From: a virus
DNA: 64,000 bases
IMG/VR virus record: IMGVR_UViG_3300021425_003021
Coordinates: 1-64,000 of that record
Direction: 5' to 3' (one strand)
Part shown: positions 16,253 to 24,780 of the stretch, piece by piece
Layout of the letters: every line of letters begins with the position of its first letter
Position numbering within the stretch: the first letter of the stretch is position 1
Notes under the pieces: model-generated
What the model was told of the DNA's origin: nothing
Seen by the model: the letters and a program-made list of their open reading frames with translations, nothing else
Database searches by the model: none
Position numbers and translations under genes: made by a program

Positions 16253-17262
16253 ACCAACTCGTTGTAAATGTCTAATAATAGTCTTTTGTTGAACTGTTCG
16301 CTATCAATTGCTTGGATCTCGTTGCTAACAATCTGATCTACACTCTCAAATTGTTCAATATCCAAGTCTGTGTTGATTTCCTCAATGTGTTTTTGTGGAA
16401 TAAGTGTTATTTCTCGGCATTTGTATTGATCCATGAATGTTTCTTTGATATAACTTGCTTCTTCGTAGCTGATATCAATGTCAAGTGTAACTCTTAGGTA
16501 CATACTTGGCTTGATAAGTGTGTCTTTCTCATCAATCAACTGTGATAACTTAACTGTACGGTACTTGGGACAGTCCGGCCAGTTAACATACTCTGGCTCT
16601 GCATTGTTTTCTCTGTCTAATATCATCATACCACGGTCATCATCCCAAGCATCTGCATAGTTGTGTGGGAAAGCATTGCCAATATAGTGGATCTTACCCT
16701 GCTTCTGCCGTTTGTGGAAGTGTCCGCTGAACACATACTCTTGATTCTTGAAGTGTTCCGACTTTAGTTCACCGTGATCTGGCATTTGTACCATAGCGTT
16801 CATATAAAAACTAGGTAATTCAAAGTGTCCAAACAAATATTTGGCTTGCAACTTCTCCATACGCCGCCATTCGTCGCCTACCAACCACGGAACCAGTGCT
16901 ACATCTTCGATAACTTGTATCTCATCTACCACTGTTACGTTGGGAATGTGCTTGGCAAACTCTGTTGACTTTACATCACGCTTGTCTTTGTAGTACAAGT
17001 CGTGGTTACCAGCAAACATATAGAACTTTTCAAAAGATTCACCTAGTTTCTCTAACAATCGTATGGTTGTATCCATAGTTGTGAGGTTTAAACTGTTCCT
17101 ATTATGGTGCCAGTCGCCGCAAAAGATGCCTGTTTCGCAATTATTTGCTTTTGCTGTTTCGATATACCAATCGATATAGTCCTCACAGTCCTGATTATGG
17201 ACACGTGAGTTGCCTTTCATACCTAAGTGTATGTCTGTAAAGACTGCTGCTTTTTTAAACAA
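16249..17262 (-). CDS. gp47: Recombination exonuclease nuclease subunit (gp47 / Mre11 / SbcD-like)
   Basis: Metallophosphoesterase motifs DIH, GDWHH, GNHD, GHFH; TTG start with GGAG RBS. Confidence 0.95.
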   Translation of the reverse strand: MFKKAAVFTDIHLGMKGNSRVHNQDCEDYIDWYIETAKANNCETGIFCGDWHHNRNSLNLTTMDTTIRLLEKLGESFEKFYMFAGNHDLYYKDKRDVKSTEFAKHIPNVTVVDEIQVIEDVALVPWLVGDEWRRMEKLQAKYLFGHFELPSFYMNAMVQMPDHGELKSEHFKNQEYVFSGHFHKRQKQGKIHYIGNAFPHNYADAWDDDRGMMILDRENNAEPEYVNWPDCPKYRTVKLSQLIDEKDTLIKPSMYLRVTLDIDISYEEASYIKETFMDQYKCREITLIPQKHIEEINTDLDIEQFESVDQIVSNEIQAIDSEQFNKRLLLDIYNELV

Positions 17263-17284
17263 TAGAATACTCCACTTCCTAACT

Positions 17285-17313
17285 AGTATAGTGTAGAAAA
17301 TTTAATAAATCAA
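17285..17313 (-). promoter_or_regulatory. sigma70-type promoter for the gp47-gp46 operon
   Basis: TTGATT-17 bp-TATACT. Confidence 0.65.
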
Positions 17314-18137
17314 CCTTTATTTAGGCCTTCTCTGCGTTGCGCTGCTTCCCATTCGCCTGCGTGTTGTCTAGTATGCGATGGATTTAAGTTATTCATTTCT
17401 AAAATATCGTCTCTAATGTTTTGATTACGCTTTTCCAAGTTGATAACACGTACAAAGCTATTTGTAACTGCTGCTGTGTAATAAGCAAACGGGTTATTTG
17501 ATTTTGATTCGTCAAATTGCAAGCCAATTTGCGATAATTGCAGTATTGCTTGACCTTTCATTTCGTCATTGTAAGTATAACCACGAACATTGCCTCTTGT
17601 GGCATAGCGATCTACCAGTTTCATCCACATACGAGCTAATTCGTTAGTGGCTGTACCGTGAACTTTAGAAAAATGTCCGTTTTCCATTCCGCCAACCCAA
17701 TGACTTTTGCCTACACATACTAATTCACCGTTTTCGTCAAACTTGTAGTGCTGAAAAGGCGGAAAATTTAGTTTTGTTTTTGTATCTGCTATGGTTTTTG
17801 GAGTTTTTTTACGACCCGGTTCGTCTGGAATATGATCAAACATCATTACTCTAAATATTAAATCAGTTTTTTCAATAGATCTATAATCAACTTCGAACTC
17901 GGCCATTTTTACTTTTTTATTAACTGCTTTGGCTGCTTCATATGCCTCGGTTGACATTTTTTTAGCACGGTTTCTTTTTGCTTCTGCTATAGTTCTAACA
18001 TTGATTTTGTCTTTACTAGGTAAGATAATATCATATGTTGCATATGCAGGATCAACGTAACTGCAAAATGTACTTTTGCTCTTGTGTATTTCCTTTAACA
18101 TATCTTTATTGTTTAGATAATTTACTCTTTTGGCCAT
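17310..18137 (-). CDS. gp55: Late-transcription sigma factor (gp55-like)
   Basis: NYLNNKDML, NVRGYTYNDEM, FDESKSNNPFAYYT...SFVRVINLEKRNQ; located next to gp47/gp46 as in T4. Confidence 0.88.
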   Translation of the reverse strand: MAKRVNYLNNKDMLKEIHKSKSTFCSYVDPAYATYDIILPSKDKINVRTIAEAKRNRAKKMSTEAYEAAKAVNKKVKMAEFEVDYRSIEKTDLIFRVMMFDHIPDEPGRKKTPKTIADTKTKLNFPPFQHYKFDENGELVCVGKSHWVGGMENGHFSKVHGTATNELARMWMKLVDRYATRGNVRGYTYNDEMKGQAILQLSQIGLQFDESKSNNPFAYYTAAVTNSFVRVINLEKRNQNIRDDILEMNNLNPSHTRQHAGEWEAAQRREGLNKG

Positions 18138-18159
18138 ATTTGTTCCTTTGTTCTATTCT

Positions 18160-18188
18160 ATTATAAACTACGCATATATTTTTGTCAA
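18160..18188 (-). promoter_or_regulatory. Perfect sigma70 promoter for gp55
   Basis: TTGACA-17 bp-TATAAT. Confidence 0.88.
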
Positions 18189-18189
18189 C

Positions 18190-18195
18190 TAAATA
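18190..18195 (+). promoter_or_regulatory. Late promoter for the baseplate operon
   Basis: TAAATA upstream of the AGGAG RBS of the gene at 18214. Confidence 0.75.
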
Positions 18196-18213
18196 CAGTA
18201 TAGGAGTATCACC

Positions 18214-19029
18214 ATGGCAATCGATCCAATTACAGGCATTGACAGCAACATTGGCAGTGAAAATAACATACAAAATAAACAAAGTGTATCTGATTTTTTA
18301 AACAATGTTAATCAATTTATGAGTAATCTGCGTAGACGCAATTTGTCTCCGGGTGCAGAACCTCAAAGTGCTAACTTTGCAACAGCAACATTCAAACCAA
18401 GCAACGATACAGTTGGCGAAGACTGGCGTGTCAGAATTAGTGTACCTGATATCAGCACATTCAGATCTAGTCCGTTATTATCTCCTTTGGTGAATACTGG
18501 TAATAATGTTGTTTTTCCTCTTGTGCCTAATATTAGTTTCCAACATACTGCAAATTATAGTTTAAGTGCTCCTACACATAATAATTATCCCTTTCCTGTA
18601 TATGAAAATAGTAGTGTTGAACCTTTTGTTATTGCTGGAGAATTTCCAGTACAAACAGAAGAAGATGGAAAATACTGGGTAGCTGCTGTGCATTTCTTTA
18701 AAAGTATTACAAAAATGGCATTTGGCGACACTAGTAATAAAGGATCGCCACCGCCGTTGGTTAAAGTCAACGGATATGGACAATATGTGCTAAACAATGT
18801 GCCTTGTGTTGTAACAAACTTCAATTATAGTTTAGAAAACGGTGTAGATTACATACGAGTTCCGGTTATTACAGGTCAATCTAATCAACAAATAGAGGAA
18901 TACACTTGGGTACCTACTTTATCAACAATGAGTGTTACATTACAACCTACTTACAGTAGAGCAAAAGCAAGTTCGTTTAGTTTAGATAGATTTGTAAACG
19001 GTGATTTAAAAAATGAAGGGTTCTTATAA
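18214..19029 (+). CDS. Baseplate tail-tube initiator / cap-like protein (gp48/gp54-like)
   Basis: VVFPLVPNIS...PPPLVKVNGYG..VLNNVPCVVTNFNYSL tube-fold pattern; precedes the gp53-like gene. Confidence 0.6.
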   Translation: MAIDPITGIDSNIGSENNIQNKQSVSDFLNNVNQFMSNLRRRNLSPGAEPQSANFATATFKPSNDTVGEDWRVRISVPDISTFRSSPLLSPLVNTGNNVVFPLVPNISFQHTANYSLSAPTHNNYPFPVYENSSVEPFVIAGEFPVQTEEDGKYWVAAVHFFKSITKMAFGDTSNKGSPPPLVKVNGYGQYVLNNVPCVVTNFNYSLENGVDYIRVPVITGQSNQQIEEYTWVPTLSTMSVTLQPTYSRAKASSFSLDRFVNGDLKNEGFL

Positions 19030-19334
19030 TGTCTGTAAGTTATGCAAAAACCAGTCCTTGGAATAAAACAACTGTTACACAATCTGGCGAATTAGGAATA
19101 TTGCAAATTGTACCTATTCCGGCAGAAGATGATGATATTTTGTACACAATTGAGCCACAGTACAATTTTAGACCTGATTTATTAGCATATGACTTATACG
19201 GCACACCTAAACTTTGGTGGGTTTTTGCACAAAGAAATATGGATATTGTAAAAGATCCGGTGTTTGACATTAAGTCTGGAACAAAAATATTTTTACCAAA
19301 GCAGAGTAATCTCAAAGACGAATTAGGATTATAA
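19029..19334 (+). CDS. gp53: Baseplate wedge subunit, LysM-like (gp53-like)
   Basis: YTIE...RPDLLAYDLYGTPKLWWVFAQRN...G.KIFLP. Confidence 0.85.
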   Translation: MSVSYAKTSPWNKTTVTQSGELGILQIVPIPAEDDDILYTIEPQYNFRPDLLAYDLYGTPKLWWVFAQRNMDIVKDPVFDIKSGTKIFLPKQSNLKDELGL

Positions 19335-21662
19335 ATGGCAAAAGAAATCAATCCATTACACATTTATTCTAGCTATAATTGTATTTTTACTTTTGCTGTA
19401 CTGACAAAAGATGAAATCAATTATCCTGATGAAACGTATGCTAATGGACCTGCTCAGTTGGAAATTTTTAGATCTGGTGGTAAAAGTGAAAGTCATGTAT
19501 CGACAGTTTTTGAAGAACAAATAGGTGGAAAATTAGAATATTTTATTGAAGATGTTAATATTGAAGCAATAGTTGTTCCAAATACAAGGACAAGACTTAC
19601 AAATGTTACAAATATAAATTTTCAAGTAATTGAACCTTATAGTATGGGTTTATTTTTACAAACTTTACAAATTGCAGCATTGCAAGCTGGATATACAAAT
19701 TATATTCAAGCGCCTTTTTTGCTGACTATTGAATTTGTAGGTTATGACGATGACGGCAATCCAGTTACTGTTGATACAAAAAATTTGCAACGTAAAATAC
19801 CATTGAAACTTGCAAATGTTGAGTTTAATATTGGAAATAATGGAACTACATATGATGTAACTGCTATTCCTTGGAATGAACAAGCATTAATTGATCAGAT
19901 TGATAGAACATATTCGGATATTACTGTTACAGGAAAAAATGTTGTTGAAATATTACAAACAGGTCCTGAAAGTTTAACTACAATTATCAATGGCAGATAT
20001 GAAGAATTACGAGCAGAAGGCAATTTTCCAGTTGCAGATGAAATTGTAATAAGTTTTCCTAATGATATTACAACTAATGTTAGTAATACAGCAAATAGAA
20101 ATACTGTTGACAAAGGTGCTACTATTGCACCAAAAAAATCTCGCAATCCTCTGTTTGGTAATATTGCTAAAGGTGTAATAGGAGGTGTTGTATCTGGTGC
20201 GCTTGCCGGAGAAAAGAATTTAGGTAAAGCTGCACTAGGAGGTGGTTTAGCAGGTGCTCTAGGAGGTGCGTTTGGCGGCGCTAATTTTGGTGCTCTAAAC
20301 GGAGTATTAAACGCATTTAGATCAGGTGATATAAACAGTGTGTTTCAAAGCATAACAGGGTTTTTAGGAGCACAAGCACCGCAAGATTTTGATGCGTTTT
20401 TAAGCAGTGTTACTGGATTAATTTTCAGTAAAAGCAGTATCAGCGATGGATTGATTAAAATTGCACAGGATGCCGGCTCAGTAAACATTATAGGTAATGC
20501 AGATATTGCCAAAAGCTATAATGACAGTGGAAAAATTCCAATGGGCAAAAGCGGACAGCAATATGACAAAAAAAATAAAGTATATACTAGAGGAAAAAAT
20601 GTAGTAGACCCTGTGCAACGTAGTTTTACATTTGACAGTGATACAAAAATTACAAGAATGATCGAAGAAGTTGTAACAACTAGCAGTTGGGCAAAACAAT
20701 TAAAAGATAAACCTGCAGACGAAAATGGAATGATTGAATGGTTTAGGATAGACACACAAACTTTTATCAAAGAAGGCTCCAGTAGAGAACAGCAAGACGG
20801 TGTTACTGCTAAAACTTATCATTACAGAGTGGTTCCATACAAAGTACATAGCAGTGCTTTACAAAAACCTTCCGATCCTGGATTGAGTTACGCACAATTG
20901 CGTGAATTGGCAAAAAGAGAATACAATTATATATACACAGGACAAAATGTTGATATTTTAAATTTTGATATTCAAATTAATGCTGCATTTTTCAAATCGA
21001 TTATGTCTGATGCAGGACAAAACAACCTAGAAAGAAAAGGTGGCGGCCTTCAGCAAAATATTACACAACAAGAAACCGATGCTTACATTATTAATCAAGG
21101 TACAAACAGTGTAAGCGGTACTGGATTTAGTCAACAAATAGCTGTTTCTAATGCAAGTTTGCAAGGCGGCGGTGGTGCTGCCATAGATGACAGCAAAATA
21201 CGTATTGCAAAAATGTTCAATGATAATATTATCAACAGTTTTACCGATTTGGTAATGTTGGATTTAGAAATTGTAGGCGATCCTTATTATCTATTTGACA
21301 GTGGAATGGGAAATTTCACTGCTCCAATTATTGATCAAAATGAAACTGACAATGGATCATTGGAATATCAAAGAAGTGAAGTTGATGTTATAGTTAATTT
21401 TAGAACACCGATTGACTACAATGAAGATGCTGGAAATATGATATTTCCTGAAGAAACAATTCCTGTAGACAGCTTTAGCGGATTATATAGAGTAACTACA
21501 TTGACTAATATTTTTGATCAAGGACAGTTTAGACAAAGATTAAAACTTATGCGTAGACCTAATCAACCAGAAGACAGTAGACAAACAGGAACCGGTGATC
21601 AAAAAAATAAAATTCAAGACGCAAATCCGTCACAAAGAAGTTATAACCAATATGAGAAATAA
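19335..21662 (+). CDS. Baseplate hub protein (gp27/gpD-like)
   Basis: Position between gp53 and the spike gene; LEIVGDPYY and FSGLYRVTTLTNIF..GQFRQRLKL hub motifs. Confidence 0.7.
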   Translation: MAKEINPLHIYSSYNCIFTFAVLTKDEINYPDETYANGPAQLEIFRSGGKSESHVSTVFEEQIGGKLEYFIEDVNIEAIVVPNTRTRLTNVTNINFQVIEPYSMGLFLQTLQIAALQAGYTNYIQAPFLLTIEFVGYDDDGNPVTVDTKNLQRKIPLKLANVEFNIGNNGTTYDVTAIPWNEQALIDQIDRTYSDITVTGKNVVEILQTGPESLTTIINGRYEELRAEGNFPVADEIVISFPNDITTNVSNTANRNTVDKGATIAPKKSRNPLFGNIAKGVIGGVVSGALAGEKNLGKAALGGGLAGALGGAFGGANFGALNGVLNAFRSGDINSVFQSITGFLGAQAPQDFDAFLSSVTGLIFSKSSISDGLIKIAQDAGSVNIIGNADIAKSYNDSGKIPMGKSGQQYDKKNKVYTRGKNVVDPVQRSFTFDSDTKITRMIEEVVTTSSWAKQLKDKPADENGMIEWFRIDTQTFIKEGSSREQQDGVTAKTYHYRVVPYKVHSSALQKPSDPGLSYAQLRELAKREYNYIYTGQNVDILNFDIQINAAFFKSIMSDAGQNNLERKGGGLQQNITQQETDAYIINQGTNSVSGTGFSQQIAVSNASLQGGGGAAIDDSKIRIAKMFNDNIINSFTDLVMLDLEIVGDPYYLFDSGMGNFTAPIIDQNETDNGSLEYQRSEVDVIVNFRTPIDYNEDAGNMIFPEETIPVDSFSGLYRVTTLTNIFDQGQFRQRLKLMRRPNQPEDSRQTGTGDQKNKIQDANPSQRSYNQYEK

Positions 21663-21664
21663 CA

Positions 21665-23173
21665 ATGAATGATATACCAAATAAAAATGAAGTAACACGT
21701 AGTGTAGATACTGGGGTAACATCAAGAAATCCTGGACCATACATTGCAAGAGTAATCGAACATTTGGATAGTTTATATCTTGGAGGGTTGCGTGTTGAAC
21801 TTTTAAAAACCACCGAAGCTGGAAATATAGGCGAAACTTTAGGTCAAACTGTTGAAGTATATTATGCTAGTCCTTTTTATGGTGTTACAAACAGTCAAAA
21901 TGGTCCAAGAAAAAACGATGACTATGCAAGTACACAAAAGAGTTACGGATGGTGGGGTGTTCCGCCTGATCCTGGCAGTTTAGTATTGGTAACATTTGTA
22001 GAAGGCAGTAGAGATTTTGGATACTGGTTTGCTTGCATTCCTGAAAGAGGTATGACATTTATGTTACCGGGTGGACAACCAGCAACAGAACAACTAAGCG
22101 GTCCTGTACCCGGTGATTTAAAAGGAAAAAGACTACCTGCTGGAGAATATAATAAAGCAATTACAAAGCCTAATACAAATAATGTGTTGAAATACAAAAG
22201 ACCTGTAAATGATGAGTTTGTTAATCAACTGGTTGAGCAAGGATTGGTAGAAGATGACATAAGAGGTGTTACAAGTAGCAGTGCTCAACGTGAAACACCT
22301 AGTGCAGTTGTTGGATTTAGCAGTCCTGGGCCATTAGACAAACGTGGAGGAAAGCCAACTGCTCCTGTTGGATTAAAAGAATCTAAAGCAAATATTCCTG
22401 TAAGCAGACTAGGCAGTAGTAGTATTGTAATTGACGACGGCGATGATAAGCTAATTCGAGACGGATCTCCCAAAGAAAAACCTTACAAGTATATTAACAA
22501 AGAAGCAAGCGAAAGCGGCGGCGATGTAACCAAGCCTCATAATGAATTAATACGTTTGAGAACAAGAACAGGCGCACAAATATTAATGCACACCAGCGAA
22601 GATTTGATTTATATTAACAACAGCAGTGGATCTTGTTGGATAGAAATGAGTGCTAACGGTAAATTAGACGTGTATGCACAAGATAGTATAAGTTTTCACA
22701 CAGAAAACGATATGAATTTTACAGCTGATAGAGATATAAATTTTGAAGCTGGTAGAAACATTAATATGATTGTTAATGAAAGTATATTCCAAAGTGCAGC
22801 ATTAAACTTAGAAGTAAAAGTAGGCGCAAATGGCAATATAACAGCAGGTGCAGAAATTAATATGAAAAGCGTTGGTGCATATAAAAATACAGCAGGCGGC
22901 GACTTTTCTATTGGTGCAGCAAATACAACAATTAGTGGCGGCGATATCAATTTAAACGGCCCAGTAGCAGAAGAAGCTACAGAATCAATTAAAGCAAAAT
23001 TTCCACAGCGTGTTCCGCAACACGAACCTTGGTCAGGGCACGAAAATTGGAATCCTGTTGAAACTACGCCTGATAAAACAGAAGCAGTTGATACAGAAAG
23101 CCAAGACAAACACTTTGAGAATAGAACTGTTCAAACTGACAGAACACCTATGAACGATTTGGGCAAGGAGTAA
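21665..23173 (+). CDS. gp5: Baseplate central spike (gp5/gpV-like, no lysozyme domain)
   Basis: OB-fold GPYIARV...GGLRV, WGVPPDPGSLVLVTFVEG; RLRTRTGAQILM; beta-helix repeats; terminal PQHEPWSGHE. Confidence 0.8.
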   Translation: MNDIPNKNEVTRSVDTGVTSRNPGPYIARVIEHLDSLYLGGLRVELLKTTEAGNIGETLGQTVEVYYASPFYGVTNSQNGPRKNDDYASTQKSYGWWGVPPDPGSLVLVTFVEGSRDFGYWFACIPERGMTFMLPGGQPATEQLSGPVPGDLKGKRLPAGEYNKAITKPNTNNVLKYKRPVNDEFVNQLVEQGLVEDDIRGVTSSSAQRETPSAVVGFSSPGPLDKRGGKPTAPVGLKESKANIPVSRLGSSSIVIDDGDDKLIRDGSPKEKPYKYINKEASESGGDVTKPHNELIRLRTRTGAQILMHTSEDLIYINNSSGSCWIEMSANGKLDVYAQDSISFHTENDMNFTADRDINFEAGRNINMIVNESIFQSAALNLEVKVGANGNITAGAEINMKSVGAYKNTAGGDFSIGAANTTISGGDINLNGPVAEEATESIKAKFPQRVPQHEPWSGHENWNPVETTPDKTEAVDTESQDKHFENRTVQTDRTPMNDLGKE

Positions 23174-23176
23174 AAA

Positions 23177-24271
23177 ATGGCAGATACATGGCCTGTAAAT
23201 AATGGTGCTGTAGGGCAAAAAGGCAGCACCAATCGTTTAAGTAGTAGATTAGATACTAAAGGTGCAACACCTACAGCACAGCCTAGTGCAGATCCTTTAG
23301 ATGCCTTTGGAGGTGCAGGCGCACCTGTTGGTAGCACAACTCCAGAACCCGTTGCACCTAACAATAATCAATCAGCAAAAACATATTCTGGCACTGAACC
23401 AGCTCCTAAAGAAAATTTCTTAACTGGTCGTACTAGCATAGAAGATTTATTGCAAGGTATAGTACAACAAACTGCTGATAGTTTTTTACAAGGACTACCA
23501 GGCTCTTTAAGTTCGATCATAGGTGGAGCAGTAGAAGGTTTATTAAGTCAATTACCAGGAGTAATGAACAATTTATTAAGTACTACTGGTTTGACCAGTG
23601 TATTTGGAAATGTTATAGATAGTGTAAGTGCAGGAATAGGTAGTGCTATTAACGGAATGGCAGGAGCATTAGCTGACGCTGGTAAAGCATTGTTTACAGA
23701 TTTAGGAAATGTTATAAGTGATATTCCTGGATTAGGCCCTGTGATACAAGATTTTTCCGGAGCAGTAAAGGGTTTAGGAGATACCCTGTCTGCAGGCTAT
23801 AAAGGTTTAGAGCCAGGATTAAAAGCAGTAGTAGATGGAGCAATTGGTGCTACTGGTGCAAAATTATTAGATAAAGCAGGCTTACCCAGTATAGATCCAA
23901 CCACAGCAGGCTTGATTGCAGGCAGTATAAGTTTTGCAACAAATCCTGTGAATAATATCAAAGCAGTTGCAGGAACAGCTAGATCTATGGATGGAAAAAT
24001 ATTTCCAAAAACAGGAAATAATATTTTTGGAGATCTTGCAGCTAAAGCAGAAATTGCAGCACAAGAGTTTGATAAAATTTTAACTACACAAGATGGAAAT
24101 ATTTTTTCATTGACTAATTCGCCTATAAATTTATCAAATGAAGTAAGAAATGTTACAAATCGAGTAATTAATGATATTGTTCCTGAAGGTGCAAGATTAT
24201 TTGATGGTATAATCTTTGGAAACGAAAGAGTAAAATTTATCAACGGTAAGACGTATGTTGTACCAAGATAA
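23177..24271 (+). CDS. Gly/Ala-rich amphipathic baseplate-associated protein (hypothetical)
   Basis: 364-aa ORF with AAGGAG RBS, between the spike and gp25 genes. Confidence 0.6.
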   Translation: MADTWPVNNGAVGQKGSTNRLSSRLDTKGATPTAQPSADPLDAFGGAGAPVGSTTPEPVAPNNNQSAKTYSGTEPAPKENFLTGRTSIEDLLQGIVQQTADSFLQGLPGSLSSIIGGAVEGLLSQLPGVMNNLLSTTGLTSVFGNVIDSVSAGIGSAINGMAGALADAGKALFTDLGNVISDIPGLGPVIQDFSGAVKGLGDTLSAGYKGLEPGLKAVVDGAIGATGAKLLDKAGLPSIDPTTAGLIAGSISFATNPVNNIKAVAGTARSMDGKIFPKTGNNIFGDLAAKAEIAAQEFDKILTTQDGNIFSLTNSPINLSNEVRNVTNRVINDIVPEGARLFDGIIFGNERVKFINGKTYVVPR

Positions 24272-24288
24272 TAGGAAATAAATACATT

Positions 24289-24729
24289 ATGTCAGTAAAT
24301 GAGAAACCTTTATACAAAAACATTACAGTAGGTTCAAAATCTAGCAGTAATCCTGTGGCCTCTAAAAAATATAGAGGTATAAGCACTGTAAATAATAATA
24401 CCAATAATTTTGTGAAATATGATTTAGCTCTTATAAAACAAGATATAATTAATCATTTTCATATTCGTCAAGGTGAAAAATTAGAAAATCCTGAGTTTGG
24501 AACAATTATATGGGATGTATTGTTTGAACCACTTACTGACGGACTTAAAGAAGCAATTATAAAAAATGTTACTGATATAATAAATTATGATCCTAGAGTT
24601 AGTGTTAACAATGTTACAATTCAGTCTCTAGAAAGTGGCATACAAATTGAATGTAATTTGTCATATTTGCCATATAATATATCAGAAAGTTTGCGTTTAA
24701 CATTTGATGAAAACGCAGGTTTAATTTAA
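24289..24729 (+). CDS. gp25: Baseplate wedge / sheath initiator (gp25-like)
   Basis: IKQDIINHFHIRQGEKLENPEFGTIIWDVLFEP...IINYDPRV. Confidence 0.92.
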   Translation: MSVNEKPLYKNITVGSKSSSNPVASKKYRGISTVNNNTNNFVKYDLALIKQDIINHFHIRQGEKLENPEFGTIIWDVLFEPLTDGLKEAIIKNVTDIINYDPRVSVNNVTIQSLESGIQIECNLSYLPYNISESLRLTFDENAGLI

Positions 24730-24757
24730 AGTGCGCACTTTATTTTCCAGATAAATA
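24727..24757 (+). promoter_or_regulatory. 16-bp palindrome plus late promoter upstream of gp6
   Basis: Perfect palindrome TAAAGTGCGCACTTTA (24727-24742) and TAAATA (24752-24757). Confidence 0.6.
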
Positions 24758-24780
24758 TTATATAAATTAAGGAATGGCAA

